A stretch of DNA of 64,000 nucleotides from Squalus acanthias. Taxonomy: Eukaryota. Below the pieces are notes generated by a model. It worked only from the letters and a program-made list of their open reading frames with translations, searched no databases and was not told the origin of the DNA. The DNA lies in assembly GCA_030390025.1 (NCBI GenBank), contig CM059431.1, forward strand, positions 152,212,001-152,276,000. Direction: 5' to 3'. Every line of letters starts with the position of its first letter. Position 1 is the stretch's first letter. Below, one piece after another: positions 28,197 through 39,429 of the stretch. Made by a program: the position numbers and the translations under genes.

Positions 28197-29571
28197 TAAG
28201 CGATCCCACAATCAACGGATCATATCAAAGCTCTGCAGTTCTGCTACATCCAGTCGTCAATGGTGGTGGATCATTAATTTACTAGCGGGAGGAGGATGCT
28301 CCATGAACATCCCCATCCTCAATGATGGCAGAGGCCAGCACGCTGTGTAAAAGTCAAGGCTGAAGAGTTTGCAACTATCTTCAGCCAGAAGTGCAAAGTG
28401 ACATGCTCCAACTCCGGCTCCTCCTGAAGTCCGCAAAATCAAAGAAGCCAGTCTTCAGCCAGTTCGATTCACTCCACGTGATATCAAGAAAGGGCTGAAC
28501 GCAGTGGATACAGCAACGTGTATGGGCCACGACTTCATCCCGGCTATCGTGCTGAAGACTTGTGCCCCAGAACCAGCCGCACCTCGAGCCAAACTGTTGC
28601 TATACAGCTACAACACTGGCATCTACTTGACAATGTGGAAAGCTGCCCAGGTATGTCGTGTCCACAAAAAGCAGGACAAATCCAATCCAGCCAAATCCAA
28701 TCCAGCCAAATCCAATCCAGCCAAATCCAATCCAGCCAAATCCAATCAGTCAATGTTGAATCATCGGAAAAGTGATGAAAGGTGTCGCCGTCGGTGCTAT
28801 CAAGAAGCACTGACTCGCCAATAACATGCTCACCGATGCTTAGTTTGGGTTGAGCCAAGTCCACTCGGCTCCAGACATCATTACAACCTTGGACCAATCA
28901 TGGACGAAAGAGCTGAATTCCAAAGGTGAGATCATAGTGACTGCCCTTGACATCAAGGCAGCATTTGTCAGTGTGTGGCATCAAGGAGAGTTAATAAAAT
29001 TGAAGTCAACGGGAATCAGGGGGAAAACTGTCCACGAGCTGGAGTCATACCTAGCACAAAGGAAGATGGCTGTGCTGACTGGAGGCCATTCATCTCAGCC
29101 CCAGGATATCGCAGCACGAGTTCCTCAGGGCAGTGTCCTAGGCCCAACCATCTTCAGCTGCGTCATCAAAGAAATTCCCTCCAACATAAGGTCAGAAGCG
29201 AGGACGTTCGCTGATGGTTACACAGTATTCAGTTCCATTCACAACTCCTCAGATAATGAAGCAGTCTATGTCCGCATGCAGCAAGTCTTGGACGACATTC
29301 AGGCTGGGGTTGATATGTGACAAGTAACATTCGCGCCACACAAGTGCCAGGCAATGAATATATCCAACAAGAGAGCGTCTAGCTACCACCTCTTGATATT
29401 CAATAGTGTTACCATTGCCGAATCCCTCCAGATCAACATTTTGGGGATCAACATTGACCAGAAACTTAACTGGATCAGCCACATAAATACTGTGGCTACA
29501 AGAGCAGGTGAGAGGTTGGGTATTCTGAATGCGAGTGTCTCACCTCATGACTCCCCAAAGCATTTCCACCA
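28197..29571 (+). mobile_element. CR1/L2-group LINE RT fragment with an internal 15-bp tandem expansion
   Basis: [20 protein letters not shown] and FADG motifs; (AAATCCAATCCAGCC) repeated at 28678-28747. Confidence 0.88.
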
Positions 29572-30261
29572 TCTGCTAATAAAGGCAAGCACTTCCTATG
29601 CATTCTTAACCGCCTTATCCACCTGGCCTGCTACCTTCAGGGATCTGTGGACATGCACTCCAACGTCCCTTCGTTCCTCTACCCTACTCAGTGTCCCACC
29701 ATTTAATGTGTATTCCCTTTCCTTGTTAGCCCTCCCCAAATGCATTACCTCACACTTCTCTGGATTGAATGCCATTTGCCACTGTTATGCCCACCTGACC
29801 AATTTATTTATATCTCCCTGCAGTATACAGCTTCCTTCTAGAGTATCAACCACACAGCCGATTTTAGTATCATCTGCAAACTTCTTAAACATACCCCATA
29901 TATTCAAGTGTAGATCATTGATATATACCACAAAAAGCAAGGGACCTAGCACTGAGCATTGCGGAACCCCACTGGAAACAGCCTTGCTGTCACAAAAACA
30001 ACTTTCAACCATTACTCTCTGCTTCCTGTCTCCGAGCCAATTTTGAATCCAACTTGACCCTTTGCCCTGGATCCCATGGGCTTTTAACTTCGTGACCGGT
30101 CTGCCATGGGGAAACTTAACAAAAGCCTTGCTAAAGTCCATATAAAGGACATCAAACGCATTACCCTCATCTACACTCCTTGTTACCTCCTCAAAATATT
30201 CAATCAAGATTGTCAGGCACGACCTTCCCTTAACAAATCCGTGCTGACTATCCTTGATTAA

Positions 30262-30348
30262 AGTGAGAAGTCGCACAACACCAGGTTATAGTCCAACAGC
30301 TTTATTTGAAATCACAAGCTTTCGGAGCGCTGCTCCTTCGTCAGGTGA
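30262..30348 (-). mobile_element. 87-bp Penelope-like pseudo-LTR fragment
   Basis: Flanked by ATCCTTGATTAA / ATCCTAGATTAA (30250-30261, 30349-30360). Absent at the paralogous site near 52220-52240. Contains a hammerhead motif followed by AATAAA. Confidence 0.75.
30312..30348 (-). ncRNA. Minimal type I hammerhead ribozyme motif
   Basis: Minus strand UCAC CUGACGA A GGAGC AGC GCUCC GAAA GC UU GUGA: both core boxes, a 5-bp stem II, palindromic AAGCUU stem III, and a 4-bp stem I. Confidence 0.75.
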
Positions 30349-30841
30349 ATCCTAGATTAATCCATGTCTTTCTAAATAATGATTTATCCTGTCCTTCAGA
30401 ATTCTTTCCAATAATTTTCCCAAAACCGTGGTTAGGCTGATTGACCTGTAATTACTCGGTCTCCCCTTTCACCCTTTTTAAACAGGGGCACCTGAAGCCA
30501 GAGAAGATAGAAAAATGATGTTCAGGGCCTCTGCTATTTCCTCTTTTGCTTTGCTTAACAGACTGGGATACATTTCATCCGGGTCTGGGGATTTAACAAC
30601 TTTTAAAGCTGTTAAACCCCTTAATACTTCCTCTCTCACTATGTTTATTTCATCTAATATTTCACACGCCTCCCCCCTGACAGTAATGCCTTCTTAGAAC
30701 CTCTCCTTTGTGAAAACAAATGCAAATTATTCATTAAGAACCACACCGACGTCTGCCGTCTCGACACACAGATTAGCCTCATGATCTCTAATAGGCCCTA
30801 CCCTTTCTTTAGTTATCCTCTTACACTTAATATATTTATAA

Positions 30842-31840
30842 TGCATCTGTCATCGGATTACAGTATGCAGACGGCGATTGCGTCTGCGCTCACTCGGAGG
30901 TGGAACTCCAAACGATCGTCAACACCTTCACCGAAGCGTACGGGAGCATGGGCCTTACACTAAACATCCGTAAGACAAATGTCCTCTACCAACCTGCCAC
31001 CGCCACAGAGTACTGCCCCCCGATTATCATAATCCACGACAAGGCCTTGGACAACGTGGACCACTTTCCTTACCTCGGAAGCCTACTGTCAACAAGGGCA
31101 GACATCGATGACGAAGTCAAACACTGCCTTCAGTGTGCCAGTGCAGCTTTCGGTCGCCTGAGACAGAGAGTGTTTGACGACCAGGACCTCAAACCCGGCA
31201 CTAAGCTCTCCCTGCTGTATGCCTCAGAGAGGTGGGCCATGTACAGTAAGAACCTCAAAGCACAGGTGAGGTACCACCAACGCTCCCTCCACAAGATCCT
31301 ATAAATCCATTGGCAGGATAGGCGAAGCAACGTCAGTGTTCTCGCTCAGACCAACATCCCCAGCATCGAAGCTTTGACCACGCTCGATCAGCTCCGATGG
31401 ACGGGCAACATTGTCCGCATGCCCGATATGAGACTCCCAAAACAAGCGCTCTACTCGGAGCTCCGGCAGGGCAAGAGAGCACCAGGTGGGCAAATAAAGG
31501 CTTCAAGGACACCCTTAAAGCCCCCTTGAAAAAGTGCAACATCCCCACTGACACCTGGTAATCCCTGTCCCAAGACCGCAGAAAGCGGAGGAGAAGCATC
31601 CAGGAAGGCGCCGGACACCTGAAGTCTCTTCTCTGGGAGCAAGCAGAAGCCAAGCGCAAGCAACGCAAGGAGCGCACGTCAACCAACACCACTCACCCGA
31701 CCCTTCAACCACCGTCTGCCCCATCTGTGACAGAGAGTGCAGGTCCCTCATTGGACTCATGAATCACCTGAGAACTAATTTTTAACGTGGAAGCAAGTCA
31801 TCCTCGGTTCCGAGGGAGTGCCTAAGACTGCCTAAGGAAG
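30842..31840 (+). mobile_element. 5'-truncated RTE-clade LINE
   Basis: QYAD, GLTLNIRKTNVL and VDHFPYLGS...ASAAFGRL motifs; C-terminal CPICDRECRSLIGLMNHLRT. 17-bp TSD ACTTAATATATTTATAA at 30825-30841 and 31841-31857. Confidence 0.92.
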
Positions 31841-34825
31841 ACTTAATATATTTATAAAACATCTTTGTGTTTTCCTTGATTTTACTGGCCAAGAATTTTT
31901 CATGCTCTCTCTTTGCTTTCCTAATATCCTTTTTAATTGCACCGCTGCACTTACTGAACTCCTGTAAAGATTCTGGAGTATTTAGCCCTCGGTATCTGTC
32001 ATACGCCTCATTTTTTTTCTTTATCCTTCCATGTATGTCCTTAGATATCCAGGGGGCTCTAGATTTGTTATTCCCACCTTTTTTCTTTAAGTGCACATAT
32101 TTGGTCTGAAACCTCCGGATCTCCTCTTCGAATGCCTCCCACTGCTCAGACACTGATTTACCTTCAAGTAGCTGTTTCCACAATGGCTAAATCAGCTCTG
32201 AGCTGAGCAAAATTTGCGTTTCTTCAATTTCGAATCTTTATTCCTGTACTAAACTTGTCCTTTTCCATAATTACCTTAAATCTAACATAATTATGGTCGC
32301 TAGCAACACAATGCTCCCCAACTGATTGACCTTACACCTGCCCAGCTTCATCAAAAAAATTAAGACCTGAACCGCCCCCACCCTTGTTGAGCTTGCTACA
32401 TACTGGATAAAAAATTCTCCTGGGTGCATTTTACGAATTCCGCACCCTCTCTACCCTTCACACTAATTTTAACCCTGTTAATATTTGGTAGTTGAAATCC
32501 TCTACTGTTACTGCCCTATAGTTTTTGCCCTTCTCCGAAATTTGTATAACAATTTCTTCTCTCTCCCACTCACTGTTTGGGGGTCTGTAGTACACACGCA
32601 GCTGTGTGATCGCCCCTTTTTTGATTTTCAATTTGACCCATATGGCCTCCTTTTGGTGATCCCTCCAACATATCATCCCTCCTCACAGCTGCAATAGTTT
32701 ATTTAATCAATACCGCGACACTTCCAGCCTTTTTAACTCCCGCTCTAACCTGTCTGAAAATCCTGTAACCAAGAAAGTTGAGCTGGCATACCTGCCCCAC
32801 TTTTACCCACGTCTCTGTAATAGCTATAATATCATAGTCCCAAGTATCTACCTGTGCCCTCAACACATCTTTCATTTTCGATATATTCCTTGCATTGAAG
32901 TACACAGCATTTAGTAGAGGCAAACCTCCTTGTTGACGACTATCTAGCCCTTGATTCTCTGTCCTTCCAATTTACTTTCAACGTTTTTGTTTGCCAATTC
33001 CAGTTTTTCTTCCCTCCCTATTGACTCTATACTTAGGTTCCCATCCCCCTGCCAAGCTAGTTCAAAACCTCCCCAACAGCACTGGTAAACCCTCCCGCGA
33101 GGATATTGCTCCCGTTCCCGTTGAGGTGCAACCCTTTTGGCTTGTAGAGGTCCCACCTCCCCCAGAAACGGTTCATATTCCTCAGAAACCAAAAGCCCTA
33201 CCTCCTAAATCATCTCTCCAGCCACGCATTCATCTGCTCTATCTTCCTATTTCTGTACTCAGTCGCACGTGGCTAGTCCGGAGATTACTACCATTGAGGC
33301 CCTGCTTTTAAACCACTTTCCTTCCTCCCTAAACTCTGCCTGCAGGACCTCATCCCGCATCCTACCTATGTCGTTGGTACCGATATGGACCTCTACCTCT
33401 ACCTCTGGCTGTTCTCCATCCCCCTTCAGAATACCCTGCAGCCGTTCAGTGACATCCTTGACCCTGGAACCAGGGAGGCACAATACCATACTGTAGTCAC
33501 GTCTGCGACCAAAGAAACGTCTGCCCAGCTTAATTCCCTAAAACTAAGTCCTGAATCGCCCCCGCCCTTGTTGGGCTTGCTACATACTGGCTAAAAAATT
33601 CTCCTGGATGTATTTTAGCAATTCCGCACCCTCTATACCCTTCACACTAATTTTATCCCAGATGATATTTGGGGATCTGAAATCCTCTACTATTACTGCC
33701 CTATAATTTTTGCACTTCTCAAAAATTTGACGACACATTTTTTCTTCTGTCTCACTCTCACTGTTTGGGGGTCTGTAGTACACTCCCAGCAGTCTGATCT
33801 CCCCTTTGTTGTTATTCAATTCGACGGATATGGCCCCTTTTGATCATTCCTCCAACATCTCATCCATCCTCACAGCTGTAATAGTTTCTTCAATCAATAC
33901 CGCGAACCCCCACCCATTTTAACTCCCTCTCTATCCTGTCTGAAAATCCTGTAACCAGGAATGTTGAGCTGCCATACCTGCCCCTCTTTTAGCCACGTCT
34001 CTATAATAGCTATAATATCATAGTCCCAAATATCTACCTGTGTCCTCAGCTCATCTGCCTTCTTCGCGATACTCCTTGCATTGTATTTTATAGCATTTAG
34101 TAGAGGCAAACCTCCTTGTTGACGACCATCTAGCCCTTGATTCCTCTGTCCTTCTAATTTACTTTCAACGTTTTTGTTTTCCAATTCCAGTTTTGCTTCC
34201 CTCCCTATTGACTCTATACTTAGTTTCCCATCCCCCTTTCAAACTAATTTAAACCCTCAACAACAGCACTGGTAAACCCTCCCGCGAGGATATTGGTTCC
34301 GTTCCCGTTGAGGTGCAAGGCGTCTGGCTTGTAGAGGTCCCACCTCCCCCAGAAACGGTCCCAATTCCTCAGGAGTCTAAAGCCCTCCCTCCGACACCAC
34401 CTCTCCAGCCACGCATACGTCTGCTCTACCTTCCTATTTCTGTACTCACCCGTACGAGGCTAGTCGGGAGATGTCTGCCTTTGAGGTCCTGCTTTTTAAC
34501 CACTTTCAAAGCTCCCTAAACTCTGCCTGCAGGACCTCATCACTCTTCCTACTTATGTCGCAACGACATGGACCACGACCTGTGGCTGTTGAACGTCCTC
34601 CTCAGAATGCCCTGCAGCCGTTCAGTGACAGCCTTGATCCTGGAACCAGGGAGGCAACATACCATCCTGGAGTCACGTCTGCGGCCGCTGAAATACCTGT
34701 CTGCACCCACAACTATTGATGTAACTAGCAAGTTAAATGAAGGGGAATCAGTGGATGTTGTACATTTGGATTTCCAAAAGGCATTCGATAAGGTGTCACG
34801 TAAAATTTATTGCACCAGATCAGTT

Positions 34826-36168
34826 TGAACATACGAACATAAGAGCAGGAATGGGCCAATCGGCCCCTCGAGCCTGCTAAGCCATTCAATAAGATCATGG
34901 CTGATCTGATCCTAACCTCAAATCTAAAGAACACAAGAAATAGGAGCAGGACCCGGCCACTCAGCCCCTGGGCCCGCTCCGCCACCCACAGGGCCTTGAC
35001 CGATCCGAACTAAGCCTCATGTCCAATTTCCTGGCCGCTCCCCGTAACCCCTAATTCCCTTTACTTCGAGGAAACTGTCTATTATTGTTTTAAATGTATT
35101 TAATGATGTAGCTTCCACAGCTTCCTGGGGCAGCAAATTCCACAGACCTACTGCCGCCTGAGTGAAGAAGTTTCTCCTTATGTCAGTTTTGAAAGAGCAG
35201 CCCCTTATTCTAAGCGTATGCCCCTTAGTTCTAGTTTCACCCATCCTTGGGAACATCCTTACCGCATCCACCCGATCAAGCCCCTTCACAATCTTATATG
35301 TTTCAATAAGATCGCCTCTCTTTCTTCTGAACTCCAATGAGTAGAGTCCCAAACTACTCAAACTCTCCTCATATGTCCACCCGCTCATCCCCGGGATTAA
35401 CCGAGTGAATATTCTTTGTAATGCCTCGAGAGCAAGTATGTATTTTCTTAAGTCTGGACACCAAAACTGTATGCAGTATTCCAGGTGCGGTCTCACAAAT
35501 ACCTTATATAACTGCAGCAATACCTCCCTGTTTTTATAACCTATCCGCCTAGCAATAAAAGCCAACATTCCGTTGGCCTTCTTTATCACCTGCTGCACCT
35601 GAATACTAACTTTTTGATTTTCTTACACTAGGACCCCCAGACCCCTTTGTACTGCAGTACTTTCCAGTTTCTCGCCATTAAGATAATAACTTGCTCTCTG
35701 ATTTTTCCTGCCAAAGTGCATAACCTCACATTTTCCAATATTGTATTGCATCTGCCAAATCCCCGCCCACTCACCCAGCCTGTCTATATCCCCTTTTATG
35801 TTTTTTATGTCCTCCTCACTTTCTACTTTCCCTCCCATCTTTGTATCATCTGCAAACTTTGATATGTTACACTCGGTCCCCTCCTCCAAATCATTAATAT
35901 AGATTGTAAAGAGTTGGGGAGCCAGCGCCGACCCCTGCGGAACACCACTGGCTACTGGTTGCCAGTCCGAGAATGAACCATTTATCCCAACTCTCTGCTT
36001 CCTGTTAGAGAACCAATCCTCCACCCATGCCAGAATATTAGCCCCAATCCAGTGATTTTTTATCTTGAGCAATAATCTTTTATGTGGCACCTTGTCGAAT
36101 ACATTCTGGAAGTCTAAATACACTACGTCCACTGGTTCCCCTTTATGCACCCTGCACGTTATGTCCTC
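34826..36168 (-). mobile_element. 5'-truncated CR1 with a doubled 3'-tail motif, inserted in another CR1
   Basis: ORFs 35017..35598 and 35623..36414. Absent from the paralogous site near 54530. Confidence 0.9.
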
Positions 36169-37284
36169 ATGGTTTTTGTGTAATATGGTTGCATGGATAG
36201 AGGATTGGTTAACGGACAGAAAACAGCGAGTAGGAAAATAAATCTTTTTCAGGTCGGCAGGCTGTACCAACTGGGATACGGCAAGGTTCAGTGCTAGAGC
36301 ATCAGATACTTGAAATCTATGTTGTTGACCTAGATGAAGGGACTGAGTTGAATGCATCCAAGTTAACTGACGATACAAAACTAGGTGGGATAGTAAACTG
36401 TGAGGGGAACACAACTAATCTGCAGAGGGATATAGATAGACTGAGTGAGTGGGCAGTAAGTTGGCAGATGAAGGATAATGTCGGGAAATGTGATGTTATT
36501 CACTTATGTAGGAGGAATAGAAAACCATAATATTTTGTAAATGGTGAGAATCTTTGAAATGTTGGTGTTCAGAGAGATTTGGGTGTTCTCGCGCAAGAAA
36601 CACAGGAAGCTAGCATGCAGGTACAGCAAGCAATAAGGGAGGCAAATGGCATTTTCGTCTCTATAGCAAGGGGTTTGGAGTAAAGAGTAAAGAAGTCTTG
36701 CTACAATTGTACAGTGCCTTGGGAGTACTGTGCACAGTTTTGGTCTCCTTAACTAAGGAAAGATATACTTGCCTTGGAGGCGGTGAAACAAGAGGTTCAC
36801 TAGATTGATTCCTGGGATGAGAGGGCTGTCCTATGATGCGAGATTGTGTAGAATGGGCCTATACTCTCTGGAGTTTAGAAGAATGAGAGTTGATCTCATT
36901 GAAACACACAAGATTCAGAAGGGGATTGACCGGGAAGATGCTGAGAGGTTGTTTCCCCTGATTGGAGTGTCAAGAACTAGGGGGCGTAGTCTCAGGATAA
37001 GGGTAGGCCATTTAGGACTAAGACGAGGAGGAATTTCTTCACTCAGACGGTTGTGAATCTTTGGAATTCTCTGCCCCAGAGGGCTGTGATTGCCGCGTCT
37101 TTGAATATATTAATGGCTGAAATAGATAGATTTTTGGTCTCTAGGGGAATCAAGGATATGGAGATAGGTCGGGAAACCGGAGTTGAGGTCGATGATCAGC
37201 CATGATCTTGTTGAATGGCGGAGCAGGCTCGAGGGGCCATAGGGCCTACTCCTGTTCTCATTTATTGTGTTTCTATGTTCTTAT
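36169..37284 (+). mobile_element. CR1 RT and 3' end; begins at 34713-34825 before the insertion
   Basis: KLTDDTKLGG and GLYSLEFRRMR motifs; tail ttctatgttcttatg. Confidence 0.88.
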
Positions 37285-37903
37285 GGTATTCCCGGTGTAT
37301 TGCAATGACACAATAGTTACCTTTCCCTCGGGATGCAGATTATGTGGGGCAAAGCTTTCCTACAAATATTTTCATGTTGCGGTTCCATTGTATCCCATCC
37401 CAATCAAATCCACATGCAGGTGCTGCGTGTTCAACCTCGTCATAAGGGCAGATGAATGTATCCCGAGCTTGAGCACACCCGGTAAGATCTGGAGCCCCCC
37501 ATGTGGTCCCATCCACATGGGTCACATACAGCGGGGTTTCGTCATACCTTATTAAGCATACTGCTACATTCTCAACGCGGAACAGAGGATTTGGGTTTGC
37601 CTTTTCATGCAGAATGGGATAATACAATACCATCCCTAATAAGGTGATGTCCTTCTGTTCCTGCAAATGGCGGTAATGTTTCATGGTACACCTGTACCAA
37701 CTCCCTGACTTTACACATATTCATGGTAAATTGTGGTGTACTTTGCCATCAGCTTTCGATCAGTCACCCACAAGAGGAGTTCTCCTGAGCAGGTTTTCAC
37801 GGGCTTGTTCCACTAACCAAATTCCATACATTACACAAACATTATTTCGTACGGCCTCACTAGAGGCATTCAGATTCTCCTTTAAAATTGTGTTTATCTT
37901 TTA
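37285..37903 (-). pseudogene. Frameshifted retroviral env-like (fusion glycoprotein ectodomain) remnant, spuma/loki-like
   Basis: Manual translation across frameshifts: KINTILKENLNASSEAVRNNVCVMYGIWLVEQARENL / GELLLWVTD / MCKVRELVQVY / LLGMVLYYPIL..LFRVENVAV..PDLTGC..DTFICP..PACG / GNYCV. Motif order recalls foamy-virus TM; recognised by eye only. Confidence 0.55.
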
Positions 37904-37909
37904 AGCTTT

Positions 37910-38430
37910 TACAAGGCCTTTCGGCTCATTGTGCCTGTGCCAGCTCTTTAAAAGAGCTATCCGATTAGTCCCAGTCCCCTGTCCTTTCCCCGTAGCACTG
38001 TAAAATGTTCCCCTTCAAGTATTTATCCAATCCCATTTTGAAAGTTACTATTGAGTCTGTTTCCACCACTCTTTCAGGCAGTGCATTCCAGATCATAACA
38101 ACTCACTGCACACAAAAAGTTCTCCTCATCTCGCTGCTGGTTGTTTAGCCAATCACCTTCTGGTTACCGACCCACCTGCTACTGGAAAGAGTTTCTCCTT
38201 CTTTAGTCTATCAAAACTCTTCATCAATTCAAACACCTGCACTAAATCTTTTAACCTTCTCTGCTCGAAGGAGAGCAAACCCAATTTCTCTGCTATCCCC
38301 CCGTAACTGAAGTCCCTCATCCCTGGGACCATTCCAGTAAATCTCCTCTGTATCCGACATCCTTCCTAAAGTGTGGTGCCCAGATTGGGACACAATAATC
38401 CAGTTGAGGCCTAAGCAGTATTTTTTAAAG
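37910..38430 (-). mobile_element. CR1 3'-end fragment; 38080-38430 is paralogous to 49500-49870
   Basis: Typical CR1 3' sequence (gcattccagatcataacaactc, gtgtggtgcccaga). Confidence 0.8.
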
Positions 38431-38864
38431 GTCTAGCATTACCACAAGAGGCCTCTGCTAAGAAAGACAACGATCTAATCGGCTCTTTTCCCATTTTCGC
38501 ACATAGTTGCTTTTGAAGCTTTGCTTGCATTCCCCCCTGTCCGTGTTCAGTCTTGCTCACCAGTTCCCAGTGCGTGCATTTGCAAAGATTTCCCAATTGG
38601 TCTGCTACTGACATGTTGTGTCCATCTTTGCCCTCACCTTAAAGTAGCAGTTAGCTCACGATTATCCATTTTTACTTTCACCCACACAGCCCCAGAAAAC
38701 ATAAAACATTAAAGAGCGTGTAGATAGTGGTGGTGGGGCAGGGTATTGGTGAAGTGTGGGTGTGAGAGAAATGCGCTGTACAGACGGGATCTGTGCAGAA
38801 GTATGTGAACGATGTAATGTTGAATGTCAGTCAGTGAAGATCGCTGAATAGCTTACAGGCATGA

Positions 38865-38937
38865 TACCGTGTGATTCAGTCGGTCGGGCATCCGACTTTT
38901 AATCTGAGGGTTAAACGTTCAAGTCCCTGGTCGGGCG
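38865..38937 (+). pseudogene. tRNA-Lys(UUU) pseudogene
   Basis: Aligns to vertebrate tRNA-Lys-TTT: gacttttaatctgaggg and gttcaagtccctg.tcgggcg; stems disrupted. Confidence 0.85.
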
Positions 38938-39337
38938 CTGATTTTTACAGTGAAGACAACTCCTAAATTTATACTTGAAAGCAGGGACATTAGAAAATAC
39001 CCCATCAAAAGAATCATACGTTTACTTGCAACGGTTCAACATAGAGTAAGTAAATACTTGATAATGTAATATATTTCAAAATTCAGGTGTTGTGACAAAT
39101 ATGCAACAGATATTAAGAAGTTTTATTGAGACAACAGGGAAGAGCAGCTTGAAACGCTCGTGTTTCATGGAGCTGCATGAACATAGGAATTGATCATCTC
39201 GAAACTACTGCTCAATGTATCTTAAAGCACCGCCACTGAGACAAATCTTTCAAATACGTTAATGAGATCAGCATGAACGGTTTGTGCTTCAGGGGGTTGC
39301 CTGAAAGATGGAATTGAGAATTTTGATTTAAAAGCAA

Positions 39338-39409
39338 CGTTCGTACAGGAACTTGAACCCTGAAGCTCAGATTAAAAGCCTGATGTTTCACTGACTGATG
39401 TATCTTGGT
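39338..39409 (-). pseudogene. tRNA-Lys(UUU) pseudogene
   Basis: rc contains catcaggcttttaatctgag...cagggttcaagttcctg; D and acceptor stems broken. Confidence 0.8.
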
Positions 39410-39429
39410 TCGCGCCTTTTCTTATATCA

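Larger units (their letters stand above)
29572..34712 (-). mobile_element. Long degenerate CR1 (esterase, EN, RT) carrying two insertions and a ~1.2-kb tandem duplication
   Basis: FADDTKIG, NARNI...AITETW and VHIGTNDIG motifs; paralogous to 51610-54423. Confidence 0.88.
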
